Source: Antedon mediterranea
Lineage: Eukaryota > Animalia > Echinodermata
Length of the DNA stretch: 64,000 bases
Direction: 5' to 3'
Assembly: GCF_964355755.1 (NCBI RefSeq)
Contig: NC_092674.1
Coordinates: forward strand, 6,262,001 to 6,326,000
The notes below the pieces were generated by a model. The model did no database searches. It was not told the origin of the DNA and saw nothing but the letters and a program-made list of their open reading frames with translations. This document shows, one piece after another, positions 42,801 through 54,800 of the stretch. How positions within the stretch are numbered: the first letter of the stretch is position 1; the number at the start of each line of letters is the position of its first letter. A program made the translations under genes and the position numbers.

Positions 42801-45800
42801 ATGTGAATGTCATTTATCATGTTATTAAATGTTTCCTATTCTTTATCATTGTGCTTTACTCTAACCAAATTGGTTATAGTAAAACACAGTGCTAAATTGC
42901 TAAATGTCATTTATCATGTTATTAAATGTTTCTTATTCTTTATCATTGTGTTTTACTCTAACCAAATTGGTTATAGTAAAACACAGTGCTAAATTGCTAT
43001 GTAAATGTAATTTATCATATTATTAAATGTTTCCTATTCTTTATCATTGTGTTTTACTCTAACCAAATTGGTTATAATTTATTTAATTTCATTTCAAAAG
43101 ACATTTACCTAAATTGCTATTTAAATGTCATTTATCAAATTATTAAATGTTTTCTATTATTTATCTGGTTATATAGTAAAACACTGTGCTAAATTGCTAT
43201 TGTATTAAGGACGAGTTCCGAGAAGATGTATTCAAAGCTACAACCAATCAGAACAGTGTTAATCAATATAGTCCATGGCTACAGCCAATCAGAAACGTCC
43301 AAATCGCAATAACCCCTAGGCTAATAGAAATTATTGGTCCGAGTAGCCTTTTCAACCAGACGTTGCGAGGTTTAAAAAGTAAAACATGATTTACTCGCCA
43401 ATTTGGTATAGTTTATATACCTGGAGGAGGAGGAGGCCTCCTCCTCTCCTCAGCTCTCTGCTCTCACTTCGTTCGTTTCGCTACCTGATCCGTGCAGGCC
43501 TAGGCCTAGGCTAGACTGGATATTATGATTGCAAGCCAAAAAGGTAGATTTAGAAGCATATTTTATTGATTACCCATCATCAGTGTCACCCTTAAACAGA
43601 TAGTTAAGCTATATTTGTAGGTCATAGCTTATTTCAGACAATATTTTAGCCTCCAAAAAGGGCAGATTAGGCCTAGGCCTAGTAGGCCTAGCCTAGGCCT
43701 AGGTAGAGGGCAGGCCTATAGGCTAGCCTAGTCTAGGCCTAGCTGGCTAGCTAGGGCCTAGCCTAGGCCTAGTTAGGCTAGCAACTCTATACTCTAGCTA
43801 ATAGTTTAGGCCTAAAAACTAGGTAGGCCTAGTACTACTAGGCCTACTATATGGCTAGCCTTGTCTAGCTAGGCCTAGAAATAGAAAGATCTAGCCTAGC
43901 TAGAGTAGTAGGCTAGGCTAGTAGGCCCACCTGGTTAGGCCCTACTAGGGAACTTGTAGGCTAGCTAGCTAGGCCTACTTACTAGCTAATAAGTAGCTAG
44001 GCCTAGGCTGCCTAACTAGCTAGCTCTATGTATTCTAGTTAGGGCCTAGACTAGTTTATTAGGCCTTAGTTTAGGCTGATTAGGCCTGCCTAGTCCTAGT
44101 TAAATAAATAGGCATATAACCAGGCTCAGTCTAAACACTCTAGGCCTATCTATATGAGACCTGTGCTATTAATTATAGGCCTAGGGCCTTGCTAGCTAGC
44201 CAGCAGAATGGTCTAGAGAGGCATAGGCCTAGCTAGGGATAGGCTGGGGGGTCATAGACAGCCTATCTATATAAAATATTAGATAGGTAGGTAGGAGTAT
44301 TAAGATTCATCAGTGTGTAAGTTGATTTCATTGCTAATGCCAAGGTATTAGGCCTGTTTATTTTCAGGTTGAAAGCAATGGATAAACAGAGATTCAATTC
44401 TACAACAAAAGAGACAAAAGTCAAACTCAAACTGATAATTAACAATGTTTCCAGTTAAATTAATGTTAATTATTTTAATAGATTGTAGTGACCCTAACTA
44501 CCTTACTGTTTGTGTATGGCTGTAATATTATATTAAATGTCATCACAATTAGTAAGGTTGTGAGGCTTCACAATTTCAAACAACTCTTGTGTCTCTTCTT
44601 CATGTGGATGGATTAAAAAATACTGTGAGTATTGTACACTCTTTATATGAATATATCATCAATCACAATATCAAATATGATCCGTGTAGTAACAATTTGA
44701 TAACTTAGCATGCATCTTATAATATCTACATCATCAATAATTAATATTAATATAAATCTACATCACAATGTTGGATATGATCTTTGTAGTCAAAATTTGA
44801 TAACTGAGCACACATCTTTTAATAACTACCTTATCAATAACTATTAATAATGTCCTATATCACATTGTTGGATATGATCAGTGTTAGTCATAATTTGATA
44901 ACTGAGCACGCATCTTTTAATATCTACCTCATCAATAATTAATATTAATAATCTATATTGCATTGTTCAATATGATCAGTGTAGTCATAATATGATAACT
45001 GAGCATGCATCTTTTAATATCTACCTTATCAATGACTATTAATAATATCCTATATCACAATGTTGGATATGATTAGTGTAGTCATAATTTGATAACTGAG
45101 CATACATCTTTAGAATTACTTTTATTTAAGTATATAAAAGAATAATCTATAATTTACAATGTTTTATATGTTGTTAATTCATCAGATATTATCTATTGAA
45201 CTGATATGGTTTTGTTTATTACAGTATAGTACATACAGCACTTTATGTTATGTTATGTTATTTATTTATTATTCAACATTTTTTGTTTGGTTTTTGACGT
45301 TATCAAATTTTTATTTTCTTTTAAGTTCTGTTATTTATTTGTTAATTTTGTAGCTTAAGTTAGTTAAGATAAAAGGTACCAAGCTTGATTAGCTTCGGCT
45401 ATACCTTGGCTACCTTTTGTATTGAAATTGTTTTTGTTTGATACAATAAAGAAGAAGAATTAATAATCTATATTACACTGTTGGATATGATCTGTTTGGT
45501 TTTTTAATATCTACCTTATCAATAACTATTAATAATATCCTATATCACAATGTTGGATATGATCAGTGTAGTCATAGTTTGATAACTGAGCATGCATCTT
45601 TAATATCTACCTCATCAATAATTATTATTAATAATCTATATCACAATGTTGGATATGATTAGTGTAGTCATAATTTGATAACTGAGCACGCATCTTTCAA
45701 TATCTATTTCATCAATAATTATTATTAATAATCTATATCACATAGTTGGATATGATCAGTGTAGTCATAAATTGATAACTGAGCAAAAATCTTTTAATAT

Positions 45801-48800
45801 CTGCATCATCATTAATTAATATTAATAATCTATATCAAACTGTTGGATATGATCTGTTTAGTTTTTTAATATCTATCTTTTCCATAACTATTAATAATAT
45901 TCTATATCACAATTTTGGATATGATCAGTGTAATCATAGTTTGAACTACCTCAACAATAATTAATATTAATTGTCTATATACCAATATCAAATATGATCA
46001 GTGTAGGCCTAGTCATTTGATAACTGAGCATGCATCATTTTATATCTGCTTCAAATATTAATATTGTCTTAATATAATAAGTGGTTTGAAGGATGTTTGC
46101 AGATGGCCTTTTTTGCATTGTAAAGTTCAATTTATCCAAAAGGTCAAATTTTGACCTATTTCAATAAAATCATTTCATAAGTTGTCTTCTTTTATAGTTT
46201 TAGTGATAATCAATATTAAGTGGTTTTTTACCCCAAAAATGTCAAACCTAGAGCTATTTAATAATAAAATGATTTTATAAATTGTCTTCTTTTATATTTC
46301 TAGTAGTGGTATAATCAGTATTCAATTGTTTGAATGATGTTTGTGGGGTATTTTTTAATTAAGTTTACGCAGTTTACATGGTAAAATCTGTCAATTATCC
46401 AAAATTGACATTTTTCACTCCTAAAAAAATCTTAGAGCCATTTCAATAAAATTATTTCATAAATTGTCCTCTTTTTATGGTTCTAATAAGGATATAATCA
46501 AAGTGGTTTGGATGATGTTTGTGGGGTGTTTTTTAAAAGTTTGCACAGTTTACATGGTAAAATGTGTCAATTTATTCCTAGAGCTATTTCAATAAAATTA
46601 TTTCATAATCACCCCAAAAATGTCAAACCTAGAACATTTTAATAAAATGATTTCATAAATTGTCTTCTTTTATAGTTCTAGTAGTGGTATAATCAGTATT
46701 CAATTGTTTGAATGATGTTTGTGGGGTATTTTTTAATTAAGTTTACGCAGTTTACATGGTAAAATCTGTCAATTATCCAAAATTGACATTTTTCACTCCT
46801 AAAAAAATCTTAGAGCCATTTCAATAAAACTATTTCATAAATTGTCCTCTTTTATAGTTCTAATAATGATATAATCAATATTAAGTGGTTTGGATGATGT
46901 TTGTGGGGTGTTTTTTAAAAGTTTGCACAGTTTACATGGTAAAATGTGTCAATTTATACCTAGAACTATTTTAATAAAATGATTTCATAAATTGTCCTCT
47001 TTTATAGTTCTAGTAGTGGTATAATCAATATTAAGTTGTTTGGATGATGTATGTGGGGTGTTTTTTTAAAGTTTGCACAGTTTACATGGTAAAATCTGTC
47101 AATTTATCCAAAGTTTACATTTTTCACCCTAAAAAATCAAACCTAGAGCTATTTCAATGAAATTATTTCATAAATTGTCCTCTTTTATAGTTCTTGTAGT
47201 GGTATAATCAATATTAAGTTGTTTGGATGATGTTTGTGGGTGTTTTTTTAAAGTTTGCATTAAGTTTACGCAGTTTAAATGGTAAAATCTGTAAATTTAT
47301 CCAAAATTGACATTTTTCACCCTAAAAAGTCAAACTTCAGAGCTATTTCAATAAATTGATTTCAAAAATTCTCTTCTTTTACAGTTCTAGTAGTGATATA
47401 ATCAATATTAAGTTGTTTGGATGATGTTTGTGGGGTGTTTTTGTTAAGTTAGCATTAAGTTTACGCAGTTTACATGGCAAAATCTGTAAATTTATCCAAA
47501 ATTGACATTTTTTACCCTAAAAATTCAAACCAGAGCTATTTCAATAAAATTATTTCATAAACTGTCCTCTTTTATAGTTCTAGTAGTGGTATAATCAATA
47601 TTAAGTTGTTTGGATGATGTTTGTGGGTGTTTTTTTAAAGTTTGCATTAAGTTTACGCAGTTTACATGGTAAAATCTGTAAATTTATCCAAAATTGACAT
47701 TTTTTACCCTAAAAATTCAAACCTAGAGCTATTTCAATAAAATTATTTCATAAATTGTCCTCTTTTATAGTTCTAGTAGTGGTATACTCAATATTAAGTG
47801 GTTTGGATGATGTTTGTGGGGTGTTTTTTTAAAGTTTGCACAGTTTACATGGCAAAATCTGTAAATTTATCCAAAATTGACATCTTTTACCCTAAAAATT
47901 CAAACCTAGAGCTATTTCAATGAAATTATTTCATAAATTGTCCTCTTTTATAGTTCTTGTAGTGGTATAATCAATATCAAGTTGTTTGGATGATGTTTGT
48001 GGGTGTTTTTTTAAAGTTTGCATTAAGTTTATGCAGTTTAAATGGTAAAATCTGTAAATTTATCCAAAATTGACATTTTTCACCCTAAAAAGTCAAACTT
48101 AGAGCTATTTCAATAAATTGATTTCAAAAATTCTCTTCTTTTGCAGTTCTAGTAGTGATATAATCAATATTAAGTTGTTTGAATGATGTTTGTGGGGTGT
48201 TTTTGTTAAGTTAGCATTAAGTTTACGCAGTTTACATGGCAAAATCTGTAAATTTATCCAAAATTGACATTTTTTACCCTAAAAATTCAAACCAGAGCTA
48301 TTTCAATAAAATTATTTCATAAACTGTCCTCTTTTATAGTTCTAGTAGTGGTATAATCAATATTAAGTTGTTTGGATGATGTTTGTGGGTGTTTTTTTAA
48401 AGTTTGCATTAAGTTTACGCAGTTTACATGGTAAAATCTGTAAATTTATCCAAAATTGACATTTTTTACCCTAAAAATTCAAACCTAGAGCTATTTCAAT
48501 AAAATTATTTCATAAATTGTCCTCTTTTATAGTTCTAGTAGTGGTATACTCAATATTAAGTGGTTTGGATGATGTTTGTGGGGTGTTTTTTTAAAGTTTG
48601 CACAGTTTACATGGCAAAATCTGTAAATTTATCCAAAATTGACATCTTTTACCCTAAAAATTCAAACCTAGAGCTATTTCAATGAAATTATTTCATAAAT
48701 TGTCCTCTTTTATAGTTCTTGTAGTGGTATAATCAATATCAAGTTGTTTGGATGATGTTTGTGGGTGTTTTTTTAAAGTTTGCATTAAGTTTATGCAGTT

Positions 48801-51800
48801 TAAATGGTAAAATCTGTAAATTTATCCAAAATTGACATTTTTCACCCTAAAAAGTCAAACTTAGAGCTATTTCAATAAATTGATTTCAAAAATTCTCTTC
48901 TTTTGCAGTTCTAGTAGTGATATAATCAATATTAAGTTGTTTGAATGATGTTTGTGGGGTGTTTTTGTTAAGTTAGCATTAAGTTTACGCAGTTTACATG
49001 GCAAAATCTGTAAATTTATCCAAAATTGACATTTTTTACCCTAAAAATTCAAACCAGAGCTATTTCAATAAAATTATTTCATAAACTGTCCTCTTTTATA
49101 GTTCTAGTAGTGGTATAATCAATATTAAGTTGTTTGGATGATGTTTGTGGGTGTTTTTTTAAAGTTTGCATTAAGTTTACGCAGTTTACATGGTAAAATC
49201 TGTAAATTTATCCAAAATTGACATTTTTTACCCTAAAAATTCAAACCTAGAGCTATTTCAATAAAATTATTTCATAAATTGTCCTCTTTTATAGTTCTAG
49301 TAGTGGTATACTCAATATTAAGTGGTTTGGATGATGTTTGTGGGGTGTTTTTTTAAAGTTTGCACAGTTTACATGGCAAAATCTGTAAATTTATCCAAAA
49401 TTGACATCTTTTACCCTAAAAATTCAAACCTAGAGCTATTTCAATGAAATTATTTCATAAATTGTCCTCTTTTATAGTTCTTGTAGTGGTATAATCAATA
49501 TTAAGTTGTTTGGATGATGTTTGTGGGTGTTTTTTTAAAGTTTGCATTAAGTTTACGCAGTTTAAATGGTAAAATCTGTAAATTTATCCAAAATTGACAT
49601 TTTTCACCCTAAAAAGTCAAACTTCAAAGCTATTTCAATAAATTGATTTCAAAAATTCTCTTCTTTTACAGTTCTAGTAGTGATATAATCAATATTAAGT
49701 TGTTTGAATGATGTTTGTGGGGTGTTTTTGTTAAGTTAGCATTAAGTTTACACAGTTTACATGGCAAAATCTGTAAATTTATCCAAAATTGACATTTTTT
49801 ACCCTAAAAATTCAAACCAGAGCTATTTCAATAAAATTATTTCATAAATTGTCCTCTTTTATAGTTCTAGTAGTGGTATAATCAATATTAAGTTGTTTGG
49901 ATGATGTTTGTGGGTTTTTTTTTAAAGTTTGCATTAAGTTTACGCAGTTTACATGGTAAAATCTGTAAATTTATCCAAAATTGACATTTTTTACCCTAAA
50001 AATTCAAACCTAGAGCTATTTCAATAAAATTATTTCATAAATTGTCCTCTTTTATAGTTCTAGTAGTGGTATACTCAATATTAAGTGGTTTGGATGATGT
50101 TTGTGGGGTGTTTTTTTAAAGTTTGCACAGTTTACATGGCAAAATCTGTAAATTTATCCAAAATTGACATCTTTTACCCTAAAAATTCAAACCTAGAGCT
50201 ATTTCAATGAAATTATTTCATAAATTGTCCTCTTTTATAGTTCTTGTAGTGGTATAATCAATATTAAGTTGTTTGGATGATGTTTGTGGGTGTTTTTTTA
50301 AAGTTTGCATTAAGTTTACGCAGTTTAAATAGTAAAATCTGTAAATTTATCCAAAATTGACATTTTAAAACACAAACTAGGTTGTAAAAAGTGAAGGAAG
50401 TCATTATATTTTAATATTGTTTGGTAATAAAGATGCCTATCATAGTCAAATGGCAATAACTGATTAGCCGAGACCAATGACATTTAAAACAACTCCTACT
50501 TAAAATTCCCTACTTATACAGTACAGCAGCTTTTTGATTGGCTGCAAGTTTAGTTTTCTGTTCGTTCATCAGAAATGGTATAAATAATTATTAATCAATA
50601 AGATTACTGGATTTCTTTAGTATTTCTGACACATTTCAAATCTTAATTGAATTATTAATGTAATGGAAATTTGTCATAGGCCTATTATAGCAACATATCA
50701 TTTCTGGAAGAGTATTACGGTCTGAATAGATCGATGTTAAAACACACGTCCTCATTTATCAAATTATTCATTCACTGCACATTTATTCTGTTAAGAAGAA
50801 CTGGGACCCTCAATAGAAGCCAAAGCATGTCTCATGATGGCCCCTACAATACATATCAAACATAAAAAGATATGGAATATTTTTATTTTTACAACGGCAC
50901 ACGTTCATCATAAACGATGCGTTCTTAAAAGTATAAATTTAAACAGCAAACGGATACAAATCAATAGGGTAATTAGGAACAAAAGAATAACACATTTTCA
51001 AAACCCATCGACTCGATCTCTTGTATACAGTGAATCTAACAAAATCACACTGATCATATCCAACATTAAGTATTAATAATTATTATTGATTAGGTAGATA
51101 TTAAAAGATGCGTTATAACAAATTATGAATATACAGATCATATCCAACAATGTGACATAGATTATTAATAATAATTATTGATGAGGTAGATATTTAAAGA
51201 TGCGTGCTCAGTTATCAAATTATGACTACACTGATTATATCCAACAATGTGATATAAGATATTAATAATAATTATTGATGAGGTAGATATTGAAAGATGC
51301 GTGCTCAGTTATCAAATTATGACTACACTGATCATATCCCACAATGTGATATAGATTATTATTAATAATTATTGATGATGTAGATATTGAAAGATGCGTA
51401 CTCAGTTATCAAATTCTGACTACACTGATCATATCCAACAATGTGATATAAGATATTAATAATAATTATTGATGAGGTAGATATTCAAAGATGCGTGCTC
51501 AGTTATCAAATTATGACTACACTGATCATATCCCACAATGTGATATAGATTATTATTAATAATTATTGATGATGTAGATATTTAAAGATGCGTGCTCAGT
51601 TATCAAATTATGACTACACTGATCATTTCCAACAATGTGATATAAGATCTTAATAATAATTATTGATGAGGTAGATATTTAAAGATGCGTGCTCAGTTAT
51701 CAAATTATGACTACACTGATCATATCCAACAATGTGATTTAGATTATTAACATTAATTATTGATGAGGTAGATATTAAAAGATGCGTGCTCAGTTATCAA

Positions 51801-54800
51801 ATTATGACTACACTGATCATATCAAACAATGTGCTATAGATTATTAATAATAATTATTGATGAGGTAAACATTTAAAGATGCGTGCTCAGTTATCAAATT
51901 ATGACTACACTGATCATATCCAACAATGTGATATAAGATATTAATAATAATTATTGATGAGGTAGATATTAAAAGATGCGTGCTCAGTTATCAAATTCTG
52001 ACTACAATGATCATATCGAACAATGTGATATATGATATTATTAATAATTATTGATTAGGTGGATATTTAAAGATGCGTGCTCAGTTATCAAATTATGACT
52101 ACACTGCCACAATGTGATATAGATTATTATTAATAATTATTGATGATGTAGATATTTAAAGATGCGTGCTCAGTTATCAAATTATGACTACACTGATCAT
52201 ATCCAACAATGTGATATAAGATCTTAATAATAATTATTGATGAGGTAGATATTAAAAGATGCGTGCTCAGTAATCAAATTATGACTACACTGATTATATC
52301 CAACAATGTGATATAGATTATTAATAATAATTATTGATGAGGTAGATATTTAAAGATGCGTGCTCAGTTATCAAATTATGACTACACTGATCATATCCAA
52401 CAATGTGATTTAGATTATTAACATTAATTATTGATGAGGTAGATATTAAAAGATGCGTGCTCAGTTATCAATTAATTATGACTACACTGATCATATCAAA
52501 CAATGTGCTATAGATTATTAATAATAATTATTGATGAGGTAAACATTTAAAGATGCGTGCTCAGTTATCAAATTATGACTACACTGATCATATCCAACAA
52601 TGTGATATAAGATATTAATAATAATTATTGATGAGGTAGATATTAAAAGATGCGTGCTCAGTTATCAAATTCTGACTACAATGATCATATCGAACAATGT
52701 GATATATGATATTATTAATAATTATTGATTAGGTGGATATTTAAAGATGCGTGCTCAGTTATCAAATTATGACTACACTGATCATATCCAAAAATGTGAT
52801 ATAGATTATTATTAATAATTATTGATGCTGTAGATATTTAAAGATGCGTGCTCAGTTATCAAATTATGACTACACTGATCATATCAAACAATGTGCTATA
52901 GATTATTAATAATAATTATTGATGAGGTAGATATTAAAAGATGCGTGCTCAGTTATCAAAATATGACTACACTGATTATATCCAACAATGTGATATAGAT
53001 TATTAATAATAATGATTGATGCTGTAGATATTTAAAGATGCGTGCTCAGTTATCAAATTCTGACTACACTGATCATATCCAACAATGTGATATAAGATAT
53101 TAATAATAATTATTGATGAGGTAGATATTAAAAGATGCGTGCTCAGTTATCAAATTATGACTACACTGATCATATCCCACAATGTGATATAGATTATTAT
53201 TAATAATTATTGATGATGTAGATATTTAAAGATGCGTGCTCAGTTATCAAATTATGACTACACTGATCATATCAAACAATGAGATATAAGATATTAATAA
53301 TAATTATTGATGAGGTAGATATTAAAAGATGCGTGCTCAGTAATCAAATTATGACTACACTGATTATATCCAACAATGTGATATAGATTATTAATAATAA
53401 TTATTGATGAGGTAGATATTTAAAGATGCGTGCTCAGTTATCAAATTATGACTACACTGATCATATCCAACAATGTGATTTAGATTATTAACATTAATTA
53501 TTGAAGAGGTAGATATTAAAAGATGCGTGCTCAGTTATCAAATTATGACTACACTGATCATATCAAACAATGTGCTATAGATTATTAATAATAATTATTG
53601 ATGAGGTAAACATTTAAAGATGCGTGCTCAGTTATCAAATTATGACTACACTGATCATATCCAACAATGTGATATAAGATATTAATAATAATTATTGATG
53701 AGGTAGATATTAAAAGATGCGTGCTCAGTTATCAAATTCTGACTACACTGATCATATCGAACAATGTGATATATGATATTATTAATAATTATTGATTAGG
53801 TGGATATTTAAAGATGCGTTCTCAGTTATCAAATTATGACTACACTGATCATATCCAAAAATGTGATATGGATTATTATTAATAATTATTGATGATGTAG
53901 ATATTTAAAGATGCGTGCTCAGTTATCAAATTATGACTACACTGATCATATCAAACAATGTGCTATAGATTATTAATAATAATTATTGATGAGGTAGATA
54001 TTAAAAGATGCGTGCTCAGTTATCAAATTATGACTACACTGATTATATCCAACAATGTGATATAGATTATTAATAATAATTATTGATGAGGTAAGATATT
54101 TAAAGATGCGTGCTCAGTTATCAAATTCTGACTACACTGATCATATCCAACAATGTGATATAAGATATTAATAATAATTATTGATAAGGTAGATATTAAA
54201 AGATGCGTGCTCAGTTATCAAATTATGACTACATTGATCATATCCCAAAATGTGATATAGATTATTATTAATAATTATTGATGAGGTAAACATTTAAAGA
54301 TGCGTGCTCAGTTATCAAATTATGACTACACTGATCATATCCAACAATGTGATATAAGATATTAATAATAATTATTGATGAGGTAGATATTAAAAGATGC
54401 GTGCTCAGTTATCAAATTCTGACTACACTGATCATATCGAACAATGTGATATATGATATTATTAATAATTTTTGATTAGGTGGATATTTAAAGATGCGTG
54501 CTCAGTTATCAAATTATGACTACACTGATCATATCCAAAAATGTGATATGGATTATTATTAATAATTATTGATGATGTAGATATTTAAAGATGCGTGCTC
54601 AGTTATCAAATTATGACTACACTGATCATATCAAACAATGTGCTATAGATTATTAATAATAATTATTGATGAGGTAGATATTAAAAGATGCGTGCTCAGT
54701 TATCAAATTATGACTACACTGATTATATCCAACAATGTGATATAGATTATTAATAATAATTATTGATGAGGTAAGATATTTAAAGATGCGTGCTCAGTTA

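Larger units (their letters stand above)
33468..43409. mobile_element. Nested ~10-kb foldback-type element
   Basis: Perfect 34-bp inverted repeats ATACCAAATTGGCGAGTAAATCATGTTTTACTTT (33468-33501, 43376-43409) enclose oppositely oriented satellite A arrays; TSD unclear. Confidence 0.7.

Noticed and set aside
33792-43192. Repeated hydrophobic ORFs (MSFIILLSVSYSLSLCF...) resembling secreted peptides
   Set aside because: They derive from satellite A on both strands; unit lengths of 98-101 bp do not preserve frame.
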